DNA of 63,941 bases, filler included, from Barthelona sp. PAP020 (GCA_040182905.1; 3 parts of 3 records of this genome joined end to end with filler, not necessarily neighbours in it); one strand, 5' to 3'; shown: positions 29,245 through 40,290, numbered from the whole stretch's first letter. Notes: a model not told the origin generated them from the sequence alone. Made by a program: numbers and translations.

Positions 29245-31101
29245 ATGTCGATATCAAATCTGTGTGATATATATGGTTCTGTGACTCTTGTTGAGAGTGA
29301 AGTTAGCAATCGATTATTGAGATATATTAAAAAATCAATTCATTGTGGCAAATTAAGAGAATTAATTGTAGAAAAAGCCAATCAAATTGTATTATTTTTA
29401 CCTATTTCATATATTATTGAGAGTGAACCGTTAAATTTGGAATTTGCCATGGCACATGTTGGTATTATATCGTTACAACATTCATTTCGTTGTATTACTT
29501 TCAATGGTACCAAGTTACAAATTAATGTTTGCTCAAATCCTGTGTTGGAAGTGTTAACGCCTTCAATTTTTTCGACTTTGGATCAATCCAATATTTCTTT
29601 TTTAAATTTTCCAGAGCCGAGATATAATTTTACATCAATCTCAATTTTGTCTGATTTCACATACGTAAATATTGGGGAAACAAAAGTTAGATCTCTGATA
29701 ATTCAAGATTGTTTGCCCAACATTTGTTTAGTAAATAAACCCATTAGTATTGTTGGAAGTTCAGTTTTAACAAAAGCTCATTATGATGAAAATTTCAAAA
29801 TGTTAGAAAAAACATTTTCTCTTTTAGAAGAAGAGAATTTGATAGATAGGAAGGGTATTTTGGGTAATTCTTCTTTAGTTCCTTTTGAAAATAAGGATTT
29901 GGAAGAGTTATCTGAAAATTTTGGAAATATTACTGATTTAAACAATCAAACATTATATCTATTTCAATGTTTGTTAAGAGAAACTGCTATGTATGAAAAA
30001 ATGATCGAATTTTCGAAGAATATTTTGAGCAAAGATTTGTCGTTACATGAGGCTAGGGATGAAATTTTTAAGTCTTCACAATATATTACGTCTTTGCTGT
30101 TACAAGAAGCCAAATTTGATTCAACAAAAGATGAAACTGCTTTAAAACACGAAGATTTTATTTTTCATTGTGTTTTGATAATTTTTTTAAATTGGTTAAG
30201 CGAATTTTTATCCCAATGTGTAACTTTGGAAGTAAATTCAAATTGGTTATTTTCACAAACTATTGGTTTAGGACATTTACATCCTTCTGATTTTCATTTA
30301 CCTTCAGATGTTGATGTTACTCTTTTGTGGGATGTAGCAAAAACCGAACTTTCTGCTATGACATTGTTTGGTAATCCTTTTGATAAACTTCAACTTTTAC
30401 AAAATATAATTTATCTCATTGGTTTGATGTATCATAATATTGATGAAATGGTTTCAGCAGATCATCTTCTTAACACTCTTTCCTTATTGGTATGTCAAGC
30501 AAACGCTTCACAATTGTTACAATCTTTAACTTTGATGGAAGCATTTGCTCCTTTGGCATCAGAATCATCAGAACAAGAATACATGTTAATATCTTTTAGA
30601 GCTTCGTTACAATATATTAAAGTCATTGACATTTCAAAGTATCCTCCTCCTCCTTCACCAAAACGTGTCATGACACCAAATGGACATGTACATAAAAGAT
30701 TGAAAACAATTGAGGAAATCCCTGTATCACCTTATGAAAACAATCATGTGTCCCTTGATCCATTGGCTTTGGATATACCTAAAGATAATACTGCCAGGCA
30801 AAATAATAATCCACTTATTAAAACTCATTTTCACAAAGATATTGATATGTTGCTTGAGCCAAATGACAACTACGAAAAGAAGCAAGTGAGAAAAATTTTA
30901 TTGGATAACTTAGCCGTTCGTTTATCAGACAAAGACAATTCTATTTTGTATTTGGAGGGAAGGTCAGTAAATGAATTGGCCAGTATTGTAGTGCATCTTG
31001 TAGACCCGGAATTACTGGAATCATTTTTGACCAACAAACAATATAATTTACGTTCTAGCAGCACAAGTTCATGTGCTTCTGGTTTAGGAACTCAAGAATA
31101 A
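29245..31101 (+). CDS. VPS9-domain Rab5-family GEF (618 aa)
   Basis: VPS9 motifs in order: PFDKLQLL, VSADHLLNTLSLLVCQAN, SEQEYMLISFRASLQYI. Confidence 0.85.
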   Translation: MSISNLCDIYGSVTLVESEVSNRLLRYIKKSIHCGKLRELIVEKANQIVLFLPISYIIESEPLNLEFAMAHVGIISLQHSFRCITFNGTKLQINVCSNPVLEVLTPSIFSTLDQSNISFLNFPEPRYNFTSISILSDFTYVNIGETKVRSLIIQDCLPNICLVNKPISIVGSSVLTKAHYDENFKMLEKTFSLLEEENLIDRKGILGNSSLVPFENKDLEELSENFGNITDLNNQTLYLFQCLLRETAMYEKMIEFSKNILSKDLSLHEARDEIFKSSQYITSLLLQEAKFDSTKDETALKHEDFIFHCVLIIFLNWLSEFLSQCVTLEVNSNWLFSQTIGLGHLHPSDFHLPSDVDVTLLWDVAKTELSAMTLFGNPFDKLQLLQNIIYLIGLMYHNIDEMVSADHLLNTLSLLVCQANASQLLQSLTLMEAFAPLASESSEQEYMLISFRASLQYIKVIDISKYPPPPSPKRVMTPNGHVHKRLKTIEEIPVSPYENNHVSLDPLALDIPKDNTARQNNNPLIKTHFHKDIDMLLEPNDNYEKKQVRKILLDNLAVRLSDKDNSILYLEGRSVNELASIVVHLVDPELLESFLTNKQYNLRSSSTSSCASGLGTQE

Positions 31102-31195
31102 AAAATTTATAAAACTTTATTGTTTCTGTTTTACAGGGAAGGAAAAAGAAAATTTTTCAAAATTTTTATCCGAAACAATAATTTTTCTTCAAATA

Positions 31196-32344
31196 TTATC
31201 TTCTTCTTGGTGGTTCTGGGAATTTTAAAGGTAATTTAAGTGTGGCTTTAGATCTAGTGACACTACAACCCAATTGTTTGTATAAAGATTGAAGATAATC
31301 AAAATCTTTCGAATTAAAACTAAATAACTCCATCATATCTGATAAAGATACCTTAAAATCAGCTACATGCAAAGACAAGGCACAAATATGCAATCTTAAC
31401 TTAATCAAGTCTTCGTTGGTCATTGTTTCTTGAGTTTTAAATCCCGCCAAATATTCAGAAACGAATGTACTCTTTATCCATTCCCAAACTTTTTCAAAAC
31501 ATGTCAAATCAACCTTTTTGACATTCATTTTGGCCATTTTTAATTTTTTATGGAACTCAATCAATAAACAAAGAATATAGACAACTATAATCATTTCATC
31601 ATCATTTTGGAAAGCAACCAATTTGTCAGTCATCCAAGAATTATTGAAAGCTTGACTTAAAGCCAGTTGTAAATCCTCCTTCATTTCTTCATCCTCTTCA
31701 GACAAGGCCTCTTTGATGAGATTCCCCATTCCTTCTTCATTCAAACAATCAACAACATCTTCAGGAACTAGATAATCCAATGGATACGCATTTTTAAGGG
31801 TTTCTGCTTCAAGATCAAAATCAGGCAAATGTCTTGAAAGATAGGCAACTTCTTCAACTTCCTCAATTTTTTCAGCAAAGGTATTTACCGACTGTTGTAA
31901 AGCAACAGTTTCATCCGTTAAACGATTCCTCAAAGCTTGATCTGTAGCTTGTTTTCTACGTTTACTACCAAATTGTTTGACTAAATTAATTTGTTGTTCA
32001 GCAAAAGATGTGTTTTCAGTTTCCTTTATATCCACTACAGATAAATCGACATTTTTCACGTTTGTTTTTAATGAATATAAAGATTTAATTGGTTGAATTT
32101 CTATTTGTTTGGTCTCTTTGTTAAAAATACCAATAGCATAATTTAGAGGGTCTTCAACATGCTCTTCGCTAGAATCATAAAAAAAAAGCTTGTCAGTCTC
32201 ACCTTTAATGGACTCAATAGATCTGGATCCAACATTTCTATTTTCTATATGAAAGGTGGCATTTTCAACATTATGGGGAAGACTAATCGATCTAAAGGTA
32301 GTGACTTTAATATCACTATCTTCTTCATTCACTAATATTTTCAT
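31196..32344 (-). CDS. RPA49: RNA polymerase I subunit A49 (RPA49/POLR1E)
   Basis: YAIGIFNKETK, LVKQFGSKRRKQA, LPDFDLEAET..AYPLDYLVP and C-terminal ATLKLPLKFP. First ATG at 32344. Confidence 0.9.
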   Translation of the reverse strand: MKILVNEEDSDIKVTTFRSISLPHNVENATFHIENRNVGSRSIESIKGETDKLFFYDSSEEHVEDPLNYAIGIFNKETKQIEIQPIKSLYSLKTNVKNVDLSVVDIKETENTSFAEQQINLVKQFGSKRRKQATDQALRNRLTDETVALQQSVNTFAEKIEEVEEVAYLSRHLPDFDLEAETLKNAYPLDYLVPEDVVDCLNEEGMGNLIKEALSEEDEEMKEDLQLALSQAFNNSWMTDKLVAFQNDDEMIIVVYILCLLIEFHKKLKMAKMNVKKVDLTCFEKVWEWIKSTFVSEYLAGFKTQETMTNEDLIKLRLHICALSLHVADFKVSLSDMMELFSFNSKDFDYLQSLYKQLGCSVTRSKATLKLPLKFPEPPRRR

Positions 32345-32625
32345 TGAGGACGAAAAAAATTTCTTTTGCAAAAAAAAAATTGAAACTTTTTATTGGAAGG
32401 AAACTGAAATTCATGTAAAACTATAAATAAATGTGGCTTAACTTGAATCAAATAAAATCACAATTTTATGTTTCCTTTCTTGTTTGAAACATAATCTGCC
32501 TTTTATTTTGCGTTTTAGCGTTTATGATGTTAACCGTGCCATTACACATTCATATATGTACGTGAATAGATAAATAAGCTGCTTAAAAATTGAATTTATT
32601 TGGATTTTTTTATTGGATTTTTCAG

Positions 32626-34338
32626 ATGTTCACTGGATCTAAACAACAAATTGACAGTCGATTTAAAAAGTCAAGGGAAACTGGAAGTTTGAATCTTGAC
32701 AATATGGAATTAAATCAAATTCCCTCTGAATTGTACACGATTGAAGACCAAACTTTTTCAAATCAAAATTGGTGGGAATTAAGAAACATTACAAGATTAA
32801 GTTTGCGAAATAATCAATTGAAACATTTGCCTTCATTGGCGTTTTTGAAAGATCTTGAACAAATTTTTTTAACCAACAATGATATGGAAACAATGGATGA
32901 ACCTTTTACTAATGATGATTCAAAATTGACCAATATTCAATTAGATCATAATAAATTGACTGTATTACCTCGAAGTTTATTCTCTTGCAAAAATTTGTGT
33001 GCTTTAAATGTGTCATTTAACAAATTAACCACCGTGTATCAACCTGAATTAATGTTATCTCAAGTATTTGAATTGAATTTTTCTCACAATAATTTATCAT
33101 ATTTACCCAACAATTTTTTCACATTCTTTCCTTCTTTGGTAACTTTGAATCTATCAAATAATAAATTACAAAAGTTGTCTATTGTGAATGAGACTCTTGA
33201 AGATATTGATGTAAGCTGCAATTTTCTTGATTCCATCGAAATTATTGCAAACCCCACAACATTGAATCTTCATCGAAATAGATTAAGAACTGTTGAAGAT
33301 TTGCCAACAACAATAGTAAGTTTGGATTTAAGTTGCAATCAAATAATGCAGTTACCATCACATTTTTTCAATGAAAATAATGAAATTGAGACACTAAATC
33401 TTTCAGATAATGAATTGAATCATTTACCAGCAGAAATTCAAACTTTACCGAAATTGTCTCAACTTTACATTGAACATAATAATTTCAGAACACTACCTGC
33501 AGAAATTTCATTAATTCACACTCTTCAAGTGTTAAAAGTTGATGGAAATCCTTTGACTTCTATCAATAGATCTATCATTGCTGCTGGTAGTGTTAAATTA
33601 TTGGAGCATTTGAGAAAGAAGTTGCCTCAAGAAGAAACTATTGATCAAGAAGTAAGTGTTGGGGAATTATTATCTGGTGAGGTATTTAACGTGACGGCAA
33701 TGATTCAAGAGTTTTCAAATGATCTGATTGATCAATTGCCTTCTTGTTTAACCAAAATAATTTGTTCAAAGAGTGGAATCGAATCCTTGGGTGATCATTT
33801 ACAAAACCTACATCTTTTAAGAGAAATTGATCTCTCGCATAATAATTTGAGACAATTGCCTGATATATTTGATAGTTTCCCTCAATTAAGAGTCGTAATT
33901 TTAAATCACAATCAATTAGTTAGTTTACCAGACAGCCTTTTAAGACATCCATCTTTAGAATATTTGGATATCAGTTGTAATCGTAATTTGAGTTTTGATA
34001 ATTTGACTCCAATGTATTTACCTCAGTTAACAACTTTAAACATGGCTTTTTGTAATTTAAATGTCATTCCCAATCAATTTTGTCAATTCAAAAGATTAGA
34101 AACTCTGTTAATGGCTGACAATGCTATTTGTGAAATTCCTGTTGATTTAGTCAATGTTACCGCATTGAGAACTTTGGATTTAAGCAACAATGACATCAGC
34201 AAAGTTCCTTCTGAATTAGGTTTGATGGAAAATTTGGTCTCGTTGAAATTAGAAGGAAATAGAATTAGAAATGTCAGATCATCAAAATTATTAGGTGGAA
34301 CAAGTGAATTGTTGAAATATTTGAGAAACAGACTTTAA
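32626..34338 (+). CDS. Leucine-rich repeat protein, LRRC40-like
   Basis: N-terminal KSRETGSLNL..IPSELY..WWE and two LRR blocks, each capped by GN(P/R)..G...LL.(H/Y)LR. First ATG at 32626. Confidence 0.85.
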   Translation: MFTGSKQQIDSRFKKSRETGSLNLDNMELNQIPSELYTIEDQTFSNQNWWELRNITRLSLRNNQLKHLPSLAFLKDLEQIFLTNNDMETMDEPFTNDDSKLTNIQLDHNKLTVLPRSLFSCKNLCALNVSFNKLTTVYQPELMLSQVFELNFSHNNLSYLPNNFFTFFPSLVTLNLSNNKLQKLSIVNETLEDIDVSCNFLDSIEIIANPTTLNLHRNRLRTVEDLPTTIVSLDLSCNQIMQLPSHFFNENNEIETLNLSDNELNHLPAEIQTLPKLSQLYIEHNNFRTLPAEISLIHTLQVLKVDGNPLTSINRSIIAAGSVKLLEHLRKKLPQEETIDQEVSVGELLSGEVFNVTAMIQEFSNDLIDQLPSCLTKIICSKSGIESLGDHLQNLHLLREIDLSHNNLRQLPDIFDSFPQLRVVILNHNQLVSLPDSLLRHPSLEYLDISCNRNLSFDNLTPMYLPQLTTLNMAFCNLNVIPNQFCQFKRLETLLMADNAICEIPVDLVNVTALRTLDLSNNDISKVPSELGLMENLVSLKLEGNRIRNVRSSKLLGGTSELLKYLRNRL

Positions 34339-34498
34339 TGTTGTTGCTTTTTATTTTGCCATTTCATTTGAAATTGTTTGATAAATGATTCATACAATTA
34401 TTATTTATTTTTTATTTGATTGAGATGAAATAAAGAAATCAGAAAACATTTATAAATGAAAAAAAAAAGAAAAGTGTGTGTGAATAATCGCTCTGATC

Positions 34499-35707
34499 CT
34501 AAAAAAATGAAGAATAAACCTGTGAAATGGAAACAGTTAAACCAAAACCAATAATTAAACAATCGAACAATACCATCCAAAGGTTTTTCAATTGAATTCC
34601 TTCAGTTTTAAATATTTTAAAAATATCTGTGATTCCAGGTAAAAAATATGTGTAGTACATACCAAAGAATGCACCAAACATTTTTACAACATCACCATAA
34701 TGATCTTTCATAAATGTTGCAAGAACACAATTGACAATCAGAAGCAAATAAATGATAAATTTGGTTCTCTTTAAAGTGGTATCATTCAATTTTAAAGGTG
34801 ATAAAGTGATGATATCTTGATGAAACTGAGAAGCTAGCAAAGGGTAAACAACTAAAATTTGTATACTGAACAATAATTGAGCAAAATCCCCAAAAAAATT
34901 ATTTTGAATATTTTCCAAAAAATTTTGAATGTTATTAACCTTTGAATAAAAAGCAAAATAACAACAAGTTCCAAAAATCCCATAAATCAGCAAAACAATT
35001 AAGAATGAAAATGAAATATCTCTTTTTAATTTTTCTTTTTGTCTGTGATTTTTACTTAAACTGATGATTATGTTATGTATAAAAAAAGATAAAAATAACA
35101 CACCAGCAAAATCAAATGGACTGCCACTACGTTCAATATTTTTAAAAACCAAACCTTTTTTCAAAGATATCACTATTCCAAAGATAAATATGTAAACCGT
35201 ACATAATACACCAAAAGAAGAAATTTGCATTAATTTTTGAATGGGAAACAATTGCAAAATCAAAACAAGAATGACCAATAGGATTGGAAAATACTCATAT
35301 CTCAATCTCTTTATTCCAATATCTTGTAAAAATAAAAACAAATTGTCAGAAAATAATATATGATATGCTAGAGATGCACCCAATAAAACAAAAGGGCTCG
35401 AAATATCTCCAATAAATCCTAAAATTCGAGAAATATAATAACTACTTGCCGAAGGTAAATTTTCAAATTCAGGATAATGTTCAACAATCTTAATACATGT
35501 GTAAAAACAACATAATCCCAAAAATAACAATAAAAACAACCCAATATATGGTCCTGCATGTGAAAATGCCCAAGGTATTGATAATGTCGTTGATCCTAAC
35601 ATTATTGTAACTGAGGAAAAAACGAACGAAATTGATGAAAGTCCTTCATTTTTTTCAGCATGTTTTAAATCATTCTCAATTAAAGGAATCAGTTCTTCAG
35701 TACTCAT
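34499..35707 (-). CDS. Amino-acid transporter (Aa_trans), SLC38A9-like (402 aa)
   Basis: About 11 hydrophobic segments. GSTTLSIPWAF, LFLSFFIHNIII and QILVVYPLL resemble SLC38A9 motifs. Confidence 0.85.
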   Translation of the reverse strand: MSTEELIPLIENDLKHAEKNEGLSSISFVFSSVTIMLGSTTLSIPWAFSHAGPYIGLFLLLFLGLCCFYTCIKIVEHYPEFENLPSASSYYISRILGFIGDISSPFVLLGASLAYHILFSDNLFLFLQDIGIKRLRYEYFPILLVILVLILQLFPIQKLMQISSFGVLCTVYIFIFGIVISLKKGLVFKNIERSGSPFDFAGVLFLSFFIHNIIISLSKNHRQKEKLKRDISFSFLIVLLIYGIFGTCCYFAFYSKVNNIQNFLENIQNNFFGDFAQLLFSIQILVVYPLLASQFHQDIITLSPLKLNDTTLKRTKFIIYLLLIVNCVLATFMKDHYGDVVKMFGAFFGMYYTYFLPGITDIFKIFKTEGIQLKNLWMVLFDCLIIGFGLTVSISQVYSSFF

Positions 35708-35954
35708 AAATAAACAATCTAAAAAATTAGCTTTAAACCATAAGCCTGACTTTGTCAGAAATCAACAATTCAAAAATATTTAATTATTTTCTTTTCTTTT
35801 TAACAATAAAAATTCTCTCTGAATACATTTGAAGGTTCTCCAATAATTTAAAAAAAAAGCAAGAAAAGGCCCAAAAGAATATTTCATTCTCACTTTCCAA
35901 ATGGAATTAACATATTGAATTTTGTTTGAAAACGTCTTTTCTCTCTTTAAATAA

Positions 35955-36878
35955 ATGAAACACCTTCTGATATTTGCAGATTTCAAGAAAGAAACAATTA
36001 TTTTTCGTTTTCTTGTTTATGTTTTGATGAACTCGAAGTTAGATATAATTTTGCCTTTAAAACTATATTCAAACATCAATAATGAACAAATACAGATGTT
36101 GAAACCTGTTTTTAAAGAATATATAACGGAGCCCAATTATATTGAATTGAATAATTTGCCAAACAACATTAAAATTAGCAACATGGAAACTTATGGAAGC
36201 ACTATTTCAAAGAAGAAAAATATTTTTGAAATGTCCTCGAAATCGAATAGCCAAGTGATTGGTTTTCGCAATATATTTAAGAAATTGTTAAAAGAAGATG
36301 AATTTTGCATTCCTGTTAAATGTATAAATGGTAAGGTTTACTTGGGAGTGGATGACGAAACAAAAGGGGGATATTTTTATTCACAGAATGATTACCATTC
36401 AGATCCTGTCCTTTTTAAAAAAACCAATATTGGAATTTGGTTTGAAGATTATTTGACCAGTTCAAGTAACATTTTTTTTGAAAAATGTGTTTTTGATTGT
36501 GATGGTGTTTTGACTGAAGTCATTTTTGAATCTGATGCAATTGATAGAAATGGATCATCGTATGAATTGAAAACTCACATTATTCCTGAAAATTATCAAC
36601 AATGGAAAATTCTCAATACTAAACTTGAAAGTTGTTGGTTTCAGGCAATTTTAGGGGGTGTAGACCACATAATAATAGGATTTCATGATTTGACTTGCTT
36701 GAAACGATGTCAATGTTACTCTACAAATTCAATTCCTTCATTTATTTCAAAACCTCGATTGTATCAGTTGATTCCTAGGTTTAAAGAGATAATTAATTTG
36801 ATTGGGACGAATATTGTTGAAGATGGATGTTATGTTGTGACAAAAAGCCTAAAATTTTTAAATATAGCAGAAGTTTAG
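35955..36878 (+). CDS. DXO/Rai1 family decapping exonuclease (start may be the ATG at 36027)
   Basis: Motifs GIWFE (GxxFE), ESD (EhD), YELKT (EhK), KLESCWFQ (KX5Q-like) and IIIGFHD (GhR variant). Confidence 0.85.
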   Translation: MKHLLIFADFKKETIIFRFLVYVLMNSKLDIILPLKLYSNINNEQIQMLKPVFKEYITEPNYIELNNLPNNIKISNMETYGSTISKKKNIFEMSSKSNSQVIGFRNIFKKLLKEDEFCIPVKCINGKVYLGVDDETKGGYFYSQNDYHSDPVLFKKTNIGIWFEDYLTSSSNIFFEKCVFDCDGVLTEVIFESDAIDRNGSSYELKTHIIPENYQQWKILNTKLESCWFQAILGGVDHIIIGFHDLTCLKRCQCYSTNSIPSFISKPRLYQLIPRFKEIINLIGTNIVEDGCYVVTKSLKFLNIAEV

Positions 36879-37260
36879 TTAATTTTAGGTGTTGAATGTA
36901 TTTTTGTGTTTGATTTTGTATTTTTTTTTGTGTTTTTTCAGTTCATTTGGAATGTTTTTTGTTAATAAATGTTTCAATTTTTTTTTTTTTTTTGCTTTTT
37001 TGCGAAAGTTGGGTTGAACAGTTGATTGAATTTAAAATGTAAATGTGGTCAAAGGATATTTTTTCTTCATTCCGAGCAATTTTTAATTTATCTCCAAAAT
37101 CTTTGGAATTAATAGAGAGAAAGTTCACTACAAACATCAAATATACGTTTGATTATTGTGTTTTCAAAAAGGAGGCATTTTTCACATGGTTTCCTTTTTG
37201 AAACCATGAATTGACGTTCGATTTTTTTTTAAACAAAAGTGATTTTTAGCTGATGTTCAA

Positions 37261-39261
37261 ATGATTATATTGAATTCTGGAATTAAATTTTCGTCTGACT
37301 TTGAACATGGAAATCTTTCAAATGCAATTCAAATTACTGATGATGAAATTCATTGTTATACAACATTAGATGCCAAAGAGAAAATACCTGGCGAAAATAA
37401 TCAAAACGCTTCGAGATGTTGGTTTTATTTTTCTGTTGAAGATGGTGATCCAGACATTATTTATCGTTTTGTGATGGTAAATTTAAATCATCATGCAAAA
37501 ATATACAGCAATGACATGAGACCTGTTTATAAATATGAAGAAGACATCAGATGGAAGCATTTGCCCAATCATATTGAATTTGTTTATAGAAATATTGAAG
37601 GTGTGAAGCGTAAAGTACCTAGTTATAAAGTTCAGTTTAAAAACCCAGGAAAATATTATATTGCCTTCACATTTCCTTGGAGTGTTAATGATTCCAATGA
37701 ATTGATTGATTATTTACAACATAATTGTTCATCTAATGTTTGTATTATACCTTTTGAATTGTGTAAATCAAAATTAAATCAATCAATAACAACAGTTGCT
37801 GTGATAAATGCAAACGATAGAAAGACTAGATCTCCCATTTTTGAACAAGCGCTGTTTGAACCTGGTGTACCCTCAATTGATAAACCTGTTGTTTTTTTAT
37901 CTGCTAGGGTTCATCCAGGAGAAACTCCATCTTCCTTCATTTTAAATGGTTTTTTAAAATTTATTGTAACTGATGATCCACGTGCTATTATGTTGAGAAA
38001 GCATTTTCAATTTCGATTTATTCCTGTTGTTAATCCTGATGGTGTTTCTTTAGGTTATTATAGACATGATTCTTCTGGAAAAAATTTAAATCGATTTTAT
38101 TCAGAAGACGTAACCGAAGATGATAGTCCTGAAATATTTACTATTCGCAGATATTTATCTTTTCTACATCAATCTTTTGATGTTGCTTTGTATCTTGATT
38201 TGCATGCACATGCCAGAAAAAGGGGAATTTTTATGTATGGAAATTATATGCCATCTTCAAATTTAAATGTTCAATCCATGTATTATCCTGCCCTTGTTGC
38301 CAAAAATTCTCCCTTTTTTGAATTAGAGCAATCAGTTTTCACTGAAAATATCTTAAAAATTAAAGATAGAACTGGTGCTTCTCGAGAATGTTCTGGTAGA
38401 GTTGGTACGTTTAAAGCATTACAAATTGTTCATGCTTATACTTTAGAATGTAGTTATAATTGCAATTATAGACACAGAACGATTGCAGAAGTTCCAAATG
38501 AAAATATTGAACGAAATAGACCAACACCAAGATTAAATTCCATCAGTAAATTTACTCCGTTTCATTATGAACATGTTGGTGAATCTTTGGCAGTCTCAAT
38601 TTTAGATTTGTTTCATCTTAATGAATTTTCAAGAATTTCTAAAACAAGTTGGAATCAGCTTTTAGGTGATTTAAGAGCTCAAGTAAGATCAATCATGAGT
38701 AATTCTAATGGAATTAGTTTAGTTTCAAAAGAAATTTTGGAGGAAAATTTGACCAAATTATATTTAAAAATTTGGGAAAACAAAGAAAATTTGTTAACAT
38801 ATGCAAAGAAGAAACAAAATTTCTCTGATAAGACTTTAATGTATGAACCTATATTTCGAATAAATGAATGGGTTGAAAATTGTAATTCATCCAAGGCAAA
38901 TTTTTTGCAAAGTAAAAAAAATCATCGAATTGACATTCGAGAAGCAAAAAAAAAAGCTAAACGTGAAAGGAAAAACAATTTATCTGTTTCATCTTTTGAT
39001 TCAAATATGCTCAATCATTCAAATTCAGATTCAGATGTTTTTTATTCATCGAATATTTCAAAACATAAACCAATACAAACACATTGCACAAAAGATTATT
39101 ATTCTTCAAATACTCATGTTACTTCTTTCAATATTGTGAATTTAGAATTGAATGAAAGTGCTATTAAAAATATGAACGTTCGTAGAATACCTGATAATTT
39201 AAAAAAATTGGATGAATTGTTGAATAATGCTTTTCCTAATTATAGATTAGGAAATGATTAA
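37261..39261 (+). CDS. Cytosolic carboxypeptidase (M14D tubulin deglutamylase), CCP5/AGBL5-like (666 aa)
   Basis: FSSDFEHGNL, WFYFSV, ARVHPGE, NPDGV, NLNR, DLHAHARKRGIFMYGN, SGRV and YTLECSYN. Confidence 0.92.
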   Translation: MIILNSGIKFSSDFEHGNLSNAIQITDDEIHCYTTLDAKEKIPGENNQNASRCWFYFSVEDGDPDIIYRFVMVNLNHHAKIYSNDMRPVYKYEEDIRWKHLPNHIEFVYRNIEGVKRKVPSYKVQFKNPGKYYIAFTFPWSVNDSNELIDYLQHNCSSNVCIIPFELCKSKLNQSITTVAVINANDRKTRSPIFEQALFEPGVPSIDKPVVFLSARVHPGETPSSFILNGFLKFIVTDDPRAIMLRKHFQFRFIPVVNPDGVSLGYYRHDSSGKNLNRFYSEDVTEDDSPEIFTIRRYLSFLHQSFDVALYLDLHAHARKRGIFMYGNYMPSSNLNVQSMYYPALVAKNSPFFELEQSVFTENILKIKDRTGASRECSGRVGTFKALQIVHAYTLECSYNCNYRHRTIAEVPNENIERNRPTPRLNSISKFTPFHYEHVGESLAVSILDLFHLNEFSRISKTSWNQLLGDLRAQVRSIMSNSNGISLVSKEILEENLTKLYLKIWENKENLLTYAKKKQNFSDKTLMYEPIFRINEWVENCNSSKANFLQSKKNHRIDIREAKKKAKRERKNNLSVSSFDSNMLNHSNSDSDVFYSSNISKHKPIQTHCTKDYYSSNTHVTSFNIVNLELNESAIKNMNVRRIPDNLKKLDELLNNAFPNYRLGND

Positions 39262-39345
39262 GTAATGTAAATGATGTATATATGTTTCTTTTCACCTTCA
39301 TTTTTTTTTTAAATATTTTTGTTGTTCATAAAAAAAAATGAGTTT

Positions 39346-39798
39346 ATGAATGCAAAAGTTTGTTTAATTGCTTCAAAACTCAAATATCATGATAACAGAT
39401 TGAGTCAACATTTATCAATATTGAATAATAATGCAAAATATTCATTTAAACATCGATTAGTTAAATTAGATTTAAGTTTTAATTTAATAAGACTTGATAA
39501 AAGGAGTTTATTGAAAGATCAATTACTTTATCTTGAAAATTTATCAATATTGAATCTTTCTAACAATATATTGGGAAATTCTTCAACTAAAAATTTAATC
39601 AACATTTTATCGCATTGTAAAAACCTAAAAAAATTGATTTTAAATCATAATTCTATCAAAGATAATTTTTTGGAACAATTGGTACATATAATTCCTCAAA
39701 CAAAACTTCGTTTCATTGATTTATCGTATAATGCTGTTAGTTTTCAAACCATTACTTTATTTACAAGTTCTTTTCCGGAGATAACTGTTAAAGTTTAG
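39346..39798 (+). CDS. Small RI-like leucine-rich repeat protein (~150 aa)
   Basis: Four LxxLxLxxNx(I/L/V) repeats (LVKLDLSFNLI, LSILNLSNNIL, LKKLILNHNSI, LRFIDLSYNAV). First in-frame ATG at 39346. Confidence 0.7.
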   Translation: MNAKVCLIASKLKYHDNRLSQHLSILNNNAKYSFKHRLVKLDLSFNLIRLDKRSLLKDQLLYLENLSILNLSNNILGNSSTKNLINILSHCKNLKKLILNHNSIKDNFLEQLVHIIPQTKLRFIDLSYNAVSFQTITLFTSSFPEITVKV

Positions 39799-39857
39799 TT
39801 TTCATTTCAATACTTTTTTACTAACATCAATATTTTTCATTTTATTTTAAATAAATA

Positions 39858-40133
39858 ATGCTTCCAAAAATTAAAAAAACAGGAGCAGACACAAAAGAAA
39901 ATGTTGGGAAGGCTTTCACTAGAGTGGGCGAACATTTGAGCAGTTTGGGCAAAATTATTTCCGATGAAGCAAAAACAATTGGCAGTTCTTCAAAAGAATG
40001 GTACAATAAAACAATTAAAGGAGATGAAACTACTCAAACTACAGATTCTCAAGAAACAACTGAAACTGAACAAAAACAAGAACCTGCTGTTGGTATTGGT
40101 CATGAAAATGAAGATACTGAATTGAAGGAGTGA
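39858..40133 (+). CDS. Small hypothetical protein (91 aa), amphipathic helix plus acidic tail
   Basis: ATG after an A/T-rich leader, protein-like composition, fills the gap between co-oriented genes. Confidence 0.65.
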   Translation: MLPKIKKTGADTKENVGKAFTRVGEHLSSLGKIISDEAKTIGSSSKEWYNKTIKGDETTQTTDSQETTETEQKQEPAVGIGHENEDTELKE

Positions 40134-40290
40134 AATTTTATACATAAATTTTTCAGGTAAATTTTTTTTCAATTTTTTTCCTTTGGATTAAAATTAAAGT
40201 TGGATAGAAGAAATAAACAATTTAAAAGAAAACGAAAATTAACAAAAAAGAAAAAAAAGAATAATTATCAATACTTTTGTTTTTTTGAAG

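Noticed and set aside
32495..32515. U5 loop-1-like GCCTTTTAT
   Set aside because: The flanks do not form the closing stem.
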